The position numbers and the translations under genes were made by a program. A stretch of 63,286 nt of DNA, counting the filler, from Olpidium bornovanus S191 (lineage: Eukaryota; Fungi; Olpidiomycota), in assembly GCA_017911155.1 (NCBI GenBank). It is 30 parts of 30 records of this genome, joined end to end, with 100 filler letters (N's around TTAATTAATTAA, not from the genome) between each part and the next. Parts side by side here need not be neighbours in the genome. Positions count along the whole stretch, not along the records: positions 30,870 to 31,982 come from JAEFCI010010150.1; positions 32,083 to 33,682 come from JAEFCI010012667.1; positions 33,783 to 34,835 come from JAEFCI010003043.1; positions 34,936 to 36,242 come from JAEFCI010011374.1; positions 36,343 to 41,605 come from JAEFCI010011713.1; 25 more parts are not named here. One strand, given 5' to 3'. Under the pieces are notes generated by a model. The model was not told where the DNA came from, ran no database searches, and saw only the letters and a program-made list of their open reading frames with translations. This document shows, piece after piece, positions 30,770-41,705 of this stretch; position 1 is the stretch's first letter; each line of letters begins with the position of its first letter.

Positions 30770-31286
30770 NNNNNNNNNNNNNNNNNNNNNNNNNNNNNNN
30801 NNNNNNNNNNNNNTTAATTAATTAANNNNNNNNNNNNNNNNNNNNNNNNNNNNNNNNNNNNNNNNNNNNCATGGAAAAGGAATAGCTGGCAACCGCATCG
30901 AGAATTTTGCCGTCGTCGTCGCTGAAATTCTCCTACGAGGCCTCCTTGAAAGCTCCGCCTGCGTAACGCTCGGCAGAACTCTGGTTTCTTTTTTTTTGCT
31001 GCCCAGAATGCAGCACGGGAGTAGGTTACTGCAACTGCTGTCGCCCGACCGTCTTTTCCCCCGCGCAGATTTTGGCTCATCAAGATGTCGCACAACTACC
31101 GCGCCACTGTGTCGTTGCGGCCGTTGCTTCTTGTTTCTGAGCTCGCCAGAGGGACTTCTGACCCTCCCTCATCCCACCTCCTCCCCCTTAACCCGCAGAA
31201 CATCAGCTATGTTGCAACCGCCGTCGACTTTTGCGGTTCTTGCGCACCCGCGCTTTTCACTCAGCGCATTTTAAGCGTGTCCCATC

Positions 31287-31328
<42 letters not shown>

Positions 31329-31875
31329 AGATCCGCCCTCCCTGCAGTTTCCCTTGCTTTTTGCCTTGGCCTTCGACCATCGCCCGGGATGACATTGCGG
31401 CTCGCCTCCTCTGGCTGTAAGTTGTGAGGCCAAAAATATGCTAACGTGAGCTTGCGAACAGAGTATGCCTGCGGTGAGCGCAACTACTCCCATGGCATCC
31501 AGTGACGGTTTTATCTTCCTGTATATCCGGCTTGCCAGATGCGTAAACAATGCACGAGCATCTGGGCATGTATCAAATGACTTCCCTCAACCTACAAGGA
31601 GAGAAACTTCTTTTTTCTAACACAATCAACGTTAAGTCACAGTTACCGCCTGTCGCATCCAAAAACTGACAACATGGCCCGACGGCAACGGCGAACTAGT
31701 CTCACGCCGGGTAGCGCCGAAAATTAAGATCAGACGAAAACAATTATCAAGGAAAAGCGGTGCATGTGGAGAAGTGGTCCTTCGTAAAATTCTCAACCAG
31801 ACCAAATTCGTGAATTTGCTGATTCCAGTCTTTGATCTGTCATTTTCGTTCAAGTGGGGCAGCGTACGCCGCACC

Positions 31876-31976
<101 letters not shown>

Positions 31977-32084
31977 CCCGCCNNNNNNNNNNNNNNNNNN
32001 NNNNNNNNNNNNNNNNNNNNNNNNNNTTAATTAATTAANNNNNNNNNNNNNNNNNNNNNNNNNNNNNNNNNNNNNNNNNNNNCC

Positions 32085-33488
32085 ATGAGTCCCGAGGAGG
32101 CGACGCGGACCTCGTCGAGGCCACGACGCCTGGCCTCCGCCCAGAACAAGAACCTGAATGAGAACGAGATGCAATGGTCTTCGAGCGAGGAGGATGACAA
32201 CGAAGGCGATCGGAAGTCAAAGAAGGCCAAGTCCTCCGGTTCATCCTCCAAGTCGAAAAGCGCGAAGGACGCCACCGGCGTAACGCTTGATTCATTGTTT
32301 TTTACGTCATCAACGCCGGGCCGTACCGGCAATTCTGAGCGCCCTTCCATTCATCCGGTACCGCCATACTCAAATCCCTTCATCGCGCCCGGCGGCAGGT
32401 ACTACCCGACGGAACCCGTGACAGCGCCGATATACCAGTATGCGCCGGCGCACACGTCGATGCCCGCCTCCGTCTCGTCGTCTTCGACTCAGCCGCGTCC
32501 CGTGGCCGCTCTTTCTCGAGGGTTTCCGTCTCCTTTTACGGGTCAGCTGCCGGTCGCGGGATACCAAGGCATGATCCGGTGGGACGCCCCGCAGGTTTCT
32601 GCGAGAGATGCGTACGGCAGACCGGCACTTTCTCCCAATCTCGCCGTCCCGCACGCCGGATATTCGCACCCGGCGTCGGCTTACGCAAGCAATGCCACCG
32701 GGTACCCCGCGCATACCCTGGTGACGGCGTCAGCACCGTACTCGTCGGCGCCGCCGGCGGTCGCGTTCACGTACACGAGCGCGCCGTTATTTGCAGCACG
32801 CCGCCCGCCAGTTTTGCCCGACGACCAAGCCGACCCGGCACGGTTGCCGCCGACGCTGAAGCAGTCCCAGGCGATCGCACCGGTGCACGACCCGCAGCAG
32901 GCGGCCAAAACGCAGAGCGCCGTGCGCTCACCATACCCGTATCAAGTCCACGGAGCTCAGGAGCCAGTGGCAGGTAACCCTTTGGCTGGCGGCGTGACCC
33001 TCGCCGGTTACCCGGCGTACCATGCGTCGTGCGCGCAATCGGCGCCGCTGCTGCCGGTGCACGCCGTGTCACGGCCGGCCGCGCCCGCGGCGCAACACCC
33101 GTATCCGTTGTATGCAACTCAACGCGGCTTGCAACCTGCTGCGCCGAGGTCGCAGGCAGGCGCCGGACCGCAGCAAAACGCCGCCCTGGGACAGCTGCCG
33201 CAGATGCTGCTCTCCCCGCCAGTCGAAAGGGGGTCCGCGGCTTCCCGGCTGCCCCCGCCGCTTGTCGCGACGCAGCTCCCGGCCCGGCCGCCGCCGCAGC
33301 CGCCCGCGCAGGACCCGCCGTTTGAGCATCCGCAACCGCTAGTCCAGCAGCAGGATCGCCAGCAGCCGCAGCAGCTTAACAAGCTCCCGGCTTCGCTGTC
33401 GTCGCTCGCGCTCCTCGCCTCCGCGTCGGCGCACGTCGCAACTTACGGCCGCGAAAACGGGGCCGACGCGAGTAACGGCTCCGCGTAA
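32085..33488 (+). CDS. Pro/Ala/Gln/Tyr-rich disordered protein, likely the C-terminal exon of a regulator
   Basis: 467-codon ORF with basic/acidic N-part and stop at 33488; starts at the contig edge. Confidence 0.6.
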   Translation: MSPEEATRTSSRPRRLASAQNKNLNENEMQWSSSEEDDNEGDRKSKKAKSSGSSSKSKSAKDATGVTLDSLFFTSSTPGRTGNSERPSIHPVPPYSNPFIAPGGRYYPTEPVTAPIYQYAPAHTSMPASVSSSSTQPRPVAALSRGFPSPFTGQLPVAGYQGMIRWDAPQVSARDAYGRPALSPNLAVPHAGYSHPASAYASNATGYPAHTLVTASAPYSSAPPAVAFTYTSAPLFAARRPPVLPDDQADPARLPPTLKQSQAIAPVHDPQQAAKTQSAVRSPYPYQVHGAQEPVAGNPLAGGVTLAGYPAYHASCAQSAPLLPVHAVSRPAAPAAQHPYPLYATQRGLQPAAPRSQAGAGPQQNAALGQLPQMLLSPPVERGSAASRLPPPLVATQLPARPPPQPPAQDPPFEHPQPLVQQQDRQQPQQLNKLPASLSSLALLASASAHVATYGRENGADASNGSA

Positions 33489-33782
33489 ATTCGGCCCAGG
33501 CCACCGCTTTCCCGCCAATTTTTTTTTTTTTTTTTGTTTTTTTTTTTTTGCCCCCCCCCTCCCCCCCCCGCCCCCGTCCCCGTCATCGGAGGGACATCAA
33601 AAAAAAAGGATCTCCCGACCTGCCCCCGCCTCCGCCATCCGCGCGCAATTCCCGTCGGATTCCCGTCTCCGACAGAGAAGAANNNNNNNNNNNNNNNNNN
33701 NNNNNNNNNNNNNNNNNNNNNNNNNNTTAATTAATTAANNNNNNNNNNNNNNNNNNNNNNNNNNNNNNNNNNNNNNNNNNNN

Positions 33783-34460
33783 AACACGAGCATCGACTAC
33801 AGGATTCATTGTCAACTACTGTGGAACACCCATTTCTTGGCGTTCTGCACGGCAGACATGTGTTGCAACGTCTTCGTGCGAAGCGGAATTCATTGCAGGG
33901 TCTACAACTGCACAGGAGATACAATGGATTCGAGCCATGATGAAGAGCATCGAGCCAAGTACAGTTACGCAAACCACCAAACTCATGATCGATAATACTG
34001 GCGCGGCAGAACTGGCTGCAGATGTCAAAACGTCAAGACGCTCAAAGCACATTGACATCAAGTATCATCATCTGCGTCGATGCGTGCAAGACGGCATGGT
34101 TACAATCGAGCGTGTTGCCACCGCCGATAATCCAGCAGACCTCCTGACAAAGCCACTAAATGATCCAAAGTTCGTCAAGTTCCGGGATATGATCAATGTT
34201 GGATCATACCTGGGTTGAGAAAAGTACACAGGAGAAACCGCCATGGCGTCAAGAAGGGAAAGGTGAAATAACGAAAATGGCGATGTTTAGCTTGACCATG
34301 GCCGTCTTAGTGCGCTTAGTGAGGAGGGGGGTTAGAAATAAAGAACCGAGCCACCGTAGCACTGCGCGCACCCGCCCGGAGATTTTCCTTCTATGTAAAA
34401 CCCGGCAGATCGGCGGAACACAGAAGCTCTTTGAGCTCCTCTCAAAACTCATATTCTACA
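33783..34460 (+). mobile_element. 3' end of a Ty1/copia element: intact RNase H, polypurine tract and ~130-bp 3' LTR
   Basis: ISWRSARQTCVATSSCEAEFIA...DNTGA...RSKHIDIKYH...ADNPADLLTKPL, stop 34218; PPT GAGGAGGGGG at 34321; putative LTR GTTAGAA...TTCTACA at ~34331-34460. Confidence 0.88.
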
Positions 34461-34792
34461 CCCCCCCCCCGCCCCCCCCCTCGCGCCGCAACAACACGCA
34501 AAACGCGCGCCAGCGTTGCCCACCGGAAAGCGGACTGACGGGGAACGCGCGGCGAACCGGCGGGCGGGGGAGTGTGTGCGTGCGTTTGCGCCGGAGGACA
34601 AGACGAAGCACCGGGAAGGAGGGGGGGGGGAAGGGGCGGGAGAGAATTGAGTGGAAAGAAGCGGGTGGCAGGCATTATACTCTTTCCCCGCAGACAGGCT
34701 GACAGGCAGACAGACAGGCAATATAATCGTCACCAATTTGCATTCGTGGCCGCCCCCCCTCTCCCCCCGCGCGGACGGAAAGGAATCGAAGG

Positions 34793-34825
<33 letters not shown>

Positions 34826-35157
34826 GGAAAGGGAANNNNNNNNNNNNNNNNNNNNNNNNNNNNNNNNNNNNNNNNNNNNTTAATTAATTAANNNNNNNNN
34901 NNNNNNNNNNNNNNNNNNNNNNNNNNNNNNNNNNNCGGGAAGGACGTCGAAGGAAGTGCGAAGAGAAGCTTCATCGGAGGCATCGAGGATTGTGCCGTCG
35001 ACAAATTTAACTACGAGAAACAAGAAACGCACGCGAAAACTGCCACGCGACGCATGTGCGCGCCGCACAACGCCTGAGCGGTATCTCGAACTGTATCGCC
35101 TACCACCCCCCCACGGCCCATCTCCCCACTCTCCACGCTTTTCTTGCGCGACGCCGA

Positions 35158-36242
35158 TCAGTAACCGGCCGCCATCCTGCTTTTCTCCGCCTCCAGCCTT
35201 GAATACAACAGGTAGAGCGCCATCTGGTTGCTCTCCGGAGTGCCGGTGATGGTGACCAAGCGCTCGTGCGCGTTGCCATGGGGCTCGGCGATCTTGATGT
35301 TGCTGCCAGAAAGCTGGCGGATCTCGTTGATCTTGCACCCGCCCTTGCCAATAATGCCCCCGACCATGTCATTGGGTATGAATATCTGCTGTGCCTGCGA
35401 GGCGCTGCCAGCGGCCGCGGGGCCCATGCCGGCCGCGGCGCCGGAGCGGTGATGCGTGGGTGCGGAGGGATATCCACCGTGGTGCGCGTAGGGCGCGTAT
35501 ACAGCTGCGTACGGGTCCATAGGGTGCATCCCCGCACCGGCGGCGACACCCGCGCCTGCGCCGCCGTATGCCGTGTGGCCCGCACGGGCTGTGGGCTTGT
35601 ACAGAACGGTGTGTACGGGAGATTCCGACTGCTCCTGAAGGATGCGACCGACGTGGTAGGTCGCGATGTGAATCGCGTCAGGAACCCCTGAGACGGTCAC
35701 CGTCCGCTCCGTTGATTCAGGCAACATGTTCTCGCTGGCCAAGATGCGCGCCCCTGACTGCTCCTGTATTTCCTTGATCTTCGCACCGCCCTTGCCGATA
35801 ATCGAACCCATCCGGCCGTGCGGCACCAGAAGCCGGACCGAGGTGCTTGTTACCTCGCTGTTCGCGGTTGAGGTCTCTTCGAGAATCTTGCGAGCCACCA
35901 GCGCAAAAGCCTGCCGTTATAAGGAAAAGAAACATGCGTCACACCGAGAAAGCAACGCAAATGAGAAGCGGAAGACTCCTAAATCTTCTAACCGCATAAA
36001 AAACAAGATAAAAAATCAAAATCGAATCGAAACACCAGGTGACAAGGCAATTCACGAGGAACCAGGGCAACGCTCCTTCCCCTCTGCCTCCCTTCTCCCT
36101 TCCCACTCTTCCTGTCGGAACCCCATTTATTATTTTTCAAGTAAGTCCAAGGCGATCCCTCACCTTGGCCACGGCGTCAACAGGCCCAATGACGGTCAGA
36201 ATTCTCTCCTGCGCGCCGGGAATCATCTCCGAAATGGTGATC
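35158..36242 (-). CDS. PBP2: triple-KH RNA-binding protein (Pbp2/Rnc1/PCBP-like), 5' truncated
   Basis: RLLVPHGRMGSIIGKGGAKIKEIQ and QIFIPNDMVGGIIGKGGCKINEIRQ GxxG loops; exact ortholog uncertain. Confidence 0.88.
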
Positions 36243-36444
36243 NNNNNNNNNNNNNNNNNNNNNNNNNNNNNNNNNNNNNNNNNNNNTTAATTAATTAANN
36301 NNNNNNNNNNNNNNNNNNNNNNNNNNNNNNNNNNNNNNNNNNTCATGTGCGTGATAATTTCCTATTCCAAAAGAAAAAAAGAAAATAAAAAAGGTTACGA
36401 GCGGGCGTCTCTAATCAACGAAATAACAGGTCGACGCGCAAAAC

Positions 36445-38049
36445 CTTAATGTCGGCATCTTCAATCTTATCTAGGGCGGTCGTCGGATCGTATTCCTCCC
36501 GCCGATAACGAAGGAGTTGCGACAAGGTGAAGATGTGCGTCCCCTCAAGGAATAGCTCAGCGATGACGCACCTGCGAGATGGGTTCAGAGGGAGTGGGGG
36601 TGAGCAATGGCGAGATCACGCACTGAGTGAGACAAAAACGAGGTCGAATTCCTTAGAAACGTGCCCAAGAGCGAAAATGTCCATCGACTTCTCGAGCCTT
36701 CTGCCGGACTCTGGAGCAAAAGTTGCGCTCTGACGGCGTCACTGGAAATGAGCGACGGCTTTTTCGAGAGGAGGAGATGCCCCCGAAAAAAAAAAACCCC
36801 CTCCCTGGGACGCTCGCTCGCGAAACTCGTACCCGCCTTTCTGCCTCTTCCGAAGGGCCGAAAAACCGCTCCGGCGCAATGTAGCAGGTCCGTCTCGTCG
36901 ACGTATCATAGTAGAAAGAAAAATCGGACGGGTTGTCCTAATGCGGGCCGAAAGCAAAAAAAAAAAAAAAAGGGGGGGGGGGGGGGGGGGGGGGGGAGAG
37001 AAGACGAATGAGCCATCCCCGGGATGTCACTTCCACACGGACGTTGGAAACTTGCCTCAAGCGATGGGCGTATCCTACCTCCGGCAGATAGGTAGGCTTG
37101 AAGCTGGCGAAATCCGTCAAGTACACCCAGTTCCAGCTGGTGACAAGGACGTTCTCCGCCTTGATGTCGCCGTGGCAAACGCCTTTCCCGTGCACGTCCG
37201 CCACGCCGCGCAGCAACTGGTAGGCGATCCACCTCTTTTCAATCAGGTTCAGAAACGGGCGCGTGCTGGGTGGGACAGGAGCGCGGGATATCAGCAGATC
37301 GGGCTCGAGGGTGGCGTGGGGGCAGACGATTCGCTGTTGTTTTTTTGACTAAGGACGCCGGCGTCTGCCTTTGCGCTAACCTGATGCGATCGTAAAGGTT
37401 GCTGAAGAAGTACTGGCGAACGAGGTACCCCGCCCTGTCCGTTTCGACGATCAGCTGGTGCGCGCAGACGTTGGGGACTTCGGCGAGAAGCGTCTGCTCA
37501 ACTGAAAAAAAAAAAAAAAAAAAAAAGGAAGGCCCGCGCGGGGGGGTGTGAGCGTCCCCGCCGAGGGCACCCCGGGGGTTTTTGCGCCGGCTTTTTTAGG
37601 ACGCGCCGGCGTTCCGGCCCGCGGGCGAGTTTTTTTTTTTTTTACCTTTCAGCTGCTGCACGTACGCCTGGAGCGAGAAGGTCGGCTCCGACTTGACGAA
37701 GATCTTGACAACAACCGGCCCTTCCTTGTGGCGCCCTTTGATCGCTTTCAGGAAACGGGCCGAGCCGAGGCTTTATTTTTTCGAGGCGGCGGCGGCGGGG
37801 AGGGGAGGAAATCCGGGAGAAAACGGGCCCCCGAAAGCCGCGCGCGTCCCGCCGGTTTCAGAACTTGGCGACTCTCAGGCAAAGAAAAAAAAAAAAAGAT
37901 TCGTCCCAAAAAACGCGCCGTCCTCCCTACTTCCTTTGGGGCCCCCGCCCTCACCTCCTCTCGTACTGGACCTCCCCGAGTTCGCTCACGTAGCTGTCTA
38001 TCCCGGCCGTCGTGGTGGACGGTATCGCGAGCGTTACCGCGTTGCCCAT
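36445..38049 (-). CDS. VPS15: Vps15/PIK3R4 kinase domain exons, 3' truncated
   Basis: MGN myristoylation start; [14 protein letters not shown]; [15 protein letters not shown]; HGDIKAEN; [14 protein letters not shown]; CYIAPERF; ELFLEG. Confidence 0.95.
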
Positions 38050-38420
38050 TCTCGCGCCGAGCGTGTTCCTTCGCGACCGCTGGGACTGGGGAGAATTCCG
38101 GGGCGACCTCCAGCACCGAGGAAAAGAGGGCGTGTAGCCGCAGATAGGGAGAACGGGAGGGCTTTTCTTTGCCGGGAGGGGAATGGGGAGGGGAGGAGGG
38201 GGGGGGCGACCGCGTCGACCGCACCGCCGCTCTTCTTCCCCCCCCCCCCCCCCCCCCCCCGATCGCTTTCGCCTGCCGTCGCAAATCTTTGTTGCGCGGA
38301 ACTACTTCAGTCCGCCTTTCTCGGGTTTTCTTTTTTTTTTTTTTTTTTTTTTTTTTTCGTTTTGGCCCCAACCTCCTGTTGGAATTGGCTTCGCAGGGCG
38401 AGCCAGAGACCTGGTGAATA

Positions 38421-38492
38421 GGGCAGATAGTTCAGTTGGTAGAGCGTACCTCCGGGAAGGGAAGGTCCTGAGTTCGACCCTCGGTTTGCTCA
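38421..38492 (+). tRNA. tRNA-like gene inside the LTR; nominal anticodon GGG (Pro), atypical
   Basis: 72-nt cloverleaf: acceptor GGGCAGA/TTTGCTC, D-stem GTTC/GAGC, T-arm CTGAG-TTCGACC-CTCGG, A and B boxes, TTTT 2 nt downstream; C at position 33 and an A-A mismatch in the anticodon stem. Confidence 0.75.
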
Positions 38493-39503
38493 CTTTTAAT
38501 GCGCAACAGGTTATTGACCCCAAACTTAGACTCCCCGTTCAGCCGTTGAATCAAAAAAAGGGAGGAAGACCCGCCGTCCGTCGGCACTCACGGAAGACTT
38601 GCCGTTTGTCGGCAACGTCCCGGCCCACCGTCCGTCGGCGCCCAAACCAACCATGGAGGAGAAAAAGGAGCACAACACCACTGAACCCTCCTTCAACCAT
38701 GGAAGTAGAGAGGTGGAGACAAACCCTGGGAGAGTACAACACCCCAGCAGACCAACGAGGGAGGACACGCCAAAGCACGAAGAGCAAGTCAGAACCGCGA
38801 AGTAACTCGCGAGGTTCTGAACTATCCGTCACCCCGCATGCATCGTCACAACTGTCCAGGCTGTCCGCCCGCTCACAGAAAATCGTGGACTCAGTCCTCC
38901 TTCGACGAGAACAAGCTCGACGCCACAGAGAAGAGGCGCTTACAACGGACAAAGTCACAGCCCTGCAAAAGCAAATATCCGCACTCCAGGAGGAGAAGAG
39001 AATCATGGCTAACCGGCTGAAGGACCTAGAAGACATGATCGTGGAGCTCACCCCAGCAGAACGCCCCACGGCAGTAGACTTGAAGGTCGAAGACCCCAAC
39101 GAAGGACCCCACGAAGGTGGGCGAGAGACACTGAACGCCCTGTTAGCAAGAACACTGCTCGGGGCAATCCCAATGTACAACGGGACCGGCGGCGCGACAA
39201 CGCTCAACAGCTTCATCAACAAGTTAGAGATGGCAACAAAAAGAGCGGGCTTCAACAAGGAAGAAATACTCGATCTGGCTTTCAACCGCCTCACGGGACA
39301 AGCAGCCGTCATGTGGCAAAGCCACTCCATGGCAAACCCAGAAGGAAGCCGCCTGCGCTGGGACTGCTGGGAAGACCTGAAGAAAGCGCTCATTGCTGCT
39401 TATTACCCGCGGGAACACCTGCAGACTGCAATGGTGAAACTCATGGAGATAACCCAGCAAAGCTGCGGCAATGATCTCGAGAAGTTCATCGAGACATTCA
39501 ACG

Positions 39504-40178
39504 TGTACTGCGGCAAGGTTAAGCGTCTATTCCTCCCCTCGTCAGGTCTGAGGCGGTGCTACAGGTAAGGTGACGAGGGCTGACAGTGCAGTCCGAAAGG
39601 GAAAGGTTAAGGCTAAGCCAAAGTCCGGTTTCGGTAAAGTTCAATGGGGTCGAAGTCAAGCTACGGAGCGGAAGGGACGCTATTTATGCTCGTCGACGTT
39701 GAGCGGAAGGCAGGTCGACGGCAGAGCCGTCCTTCGGCGTCTCGTCCGTCGACGCGGTGCGTCCAGTCCCTTCCCGCCCGGTTACCACGCGGGGCTCCGA
39801 GCTCTTGTGTGCAGTGGGGCGCGGGGGGGTGCGGGGCAATCGGGGGGGGGGGTTCTGGTTGGCGGGGGTCCCCGAGTGCGGCGCTGGGGAGGAAGGGGGC
39901 AAGGGGGGAAGCTCTTCAATTGGCGGACTTCGAGGGGGGAAGGGGGGAAGCTCTTTTCAATTGGCGGGCTTCGAGGGGGACTATTCTATTGGTTGGCCCC
40001 CTGGTTCGGGGGCCGTCCTGCCCTCGATCCCGCCGCCGCCTCCGCCCTTCGCCCTTTGCCCTGCCGTCCCTCGCCCGCCGCCCCTCGCCCGCCGCCCCTC
40101 GCCCGCCGCCCTTCGCCCGCCGCCCGCCTTCGGTGGCGTCGGTCCAGGGCGACGGTTCGAGGGCCGTGCTACATCACA
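39504..40178. mobile_element. 675-bp solo LTR nested in gag
   Basis: TGTAC...TCACA flanked by a perfect 5-bp TSD CAACG (39499-39503, 40179-40183); internal GC-rich tandem repeats. Confidence 0.88.
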
Positions 40179-41085
40179 CAACGCCCTGCACATGGAACAG
40201 CCGGCCCCGCGTGACGAGCGAACGTGGGCAATTAAATTCCATATGGGGCTCCCAGTGGACATTAGGCGCAGTGTCATGCAGATGGTACCTGCACTCGGCA
40301 GCCTCGAGGAAATCCAAGAGGCAGCAAGGCGAGACCTCCGCATGACAGGCGGGGCATCCAACAAATCCACAAGCATCAACGGGGCAGGAGCGGCAGGGAA
40401 ATCGACCAAGAAGGACATCAAGTGTTTCAACTGCAACAAACGAGGGCACATTGCTCGGGAATGTCGGTCACCTCAGAAGGAGAAAAGGAACATTCCCGCC
40501 AAAAGGAGCACAGGAACCGAGAAGAAGGGCAAGCCCGAAAAAGACGAAAAGACCCAAAAGAAGGAGGACAACATACACGCCGCATGCACTGCAGGCGTCA
40601 TCGGAGGAGGAAACGACACAGCAGCCCCAGCTCAACTGTGTGCCCCCGCTACGAGAGCCAGGATCACCTTGGACAGTGGCTCGACCAGGCATGTGGTGCC
40701 GGATGCCCGCTGGTTCCCCTCTTTCCAGCCCATGAATACGAGGGTCTGGACGGCGTCGAGAGCAAACGAACCGGCCACAACCGCGGGAACCGTCGATGTC
40801 TTGACCGATTCAGGGGACCGGCTCTCGATTATGGACACCCTCCATACGCCGACTTTTTGCATGGCCCTCTTCTCTGTCCCTGCCGCAACATTCTATGGAC
40901 TCGACGTTCTCTTCAAGGCGAATGGTCGAGCGTTCATATACAAAGAAGACCGACTGCTCGCGACCGCCACTTGGGACGAGCGCGACCGTCTGTTTTACCT
41001 CGACGGTGACGTTATCATGACCAAGAACGACGTCCAAGCCTGTGCAGCAATGCCAGTAACGTCAGAGTACGTCCTATGGCATGCC

Positions 41086-41486
41086 TGTGCTGTGGACGTT
41101 GGTCGCGGTTTTTTGGGTTAAAGCTTTTTATTGCTGTCAAGTCTTTTGTTCTAGCTCTTGTTACTGGTTCTGGTTCTCTACAACGTCATGGAGGGGGTCT
41201 ATTTATACCCACGGGCGTGGCGCTGTTGTGAAGCGAGAAGCTCAAGGCGACTATCGATAAAAGATTGGGCTGAACGTGAGGCTGCGGAAGAAGAAGGATT
41301 ACGCGTTGTGACTCGAGACGCGTATGGTTCCCCCCCCCAAACAATTCATGTCATAATTCACGTTTGGATGGCAGGTGGTTGGTCGCAACCCCTAAATGTT
41401 TTACTATAGCGCACCCACCCGCCAAAGCCCAGTCTCTCTCTCTCTCTCCTCCCACTACCTGAAATATAACGCGTTACCAAACCACA
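41086..41486 (-). mobile_element. second, reverse-oriented LTR-like insertion breaking the pol ORF at LWHA
   Basis: Starts TGTG exactly where homology stops; minus-strand TATAAATA (41200-41207) and AATAAA (41127-41132); right boundary uncertain. Confidence 0.55.
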
Positions 41487-41705
41487 TGCGACGAGTCGAA
41501 ACGGTGGCTTCTGAAGGGGTACCCGTTCGAGCAAACGACGCGGAGTGCAGTTCCCTTCACGGATCAAAGAAGCCGTCGACGGAAGTAGAGGAGCTAACTC
41601 GGCAANNNNNNNNNNNNNNNNNNNNNNNNNNNNNNNNNNNNNNNNNNNNTTAATTAATTAANNNNNNNNNNNNNNNNNNNNNNNNNNNNNNNNNNNNNNN
41701 NNNNN

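Larger units (their letters stand above)
38377..41085 (+). mobile_element. LTR retrotransposon 5' half: LTR 38377-38508, PBS-like 38509-38521, gag-protease ORF 38699-39503 + 40184-41085
   Basis: TGTTG...CAACA followed by GGTTATTGACCCC; capsid-like region, CFNCNKRGHIAREC zinc knuckle, LDSGSTRH protease, LWHA pre-integrase motif. Confidence 0.9.

Noticed and set aside
31632-31874. Candidate exons in contig 30870-31982 and in 61641-62900
   Set aside because: Several open frames but none identifiable without a search
38509-38521. Self-priming by the LTR-encoded tRNA
   Set aside because: The PBS-like motif is not complementary to any part of the embedded tRNA sequence
38183-38698. N-terminal 170 codons of the 461-aa ORF as part of Gag
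   Set aside because: They run through poly-T, the LTR, the tRNA and the PBS; Gag more plausibly starts at 38699
39757-40183. N-terminus of the 454-aa ORF
   Set aside because: It lies in the nested solo LTR and is open by chance in GC-rich sequence
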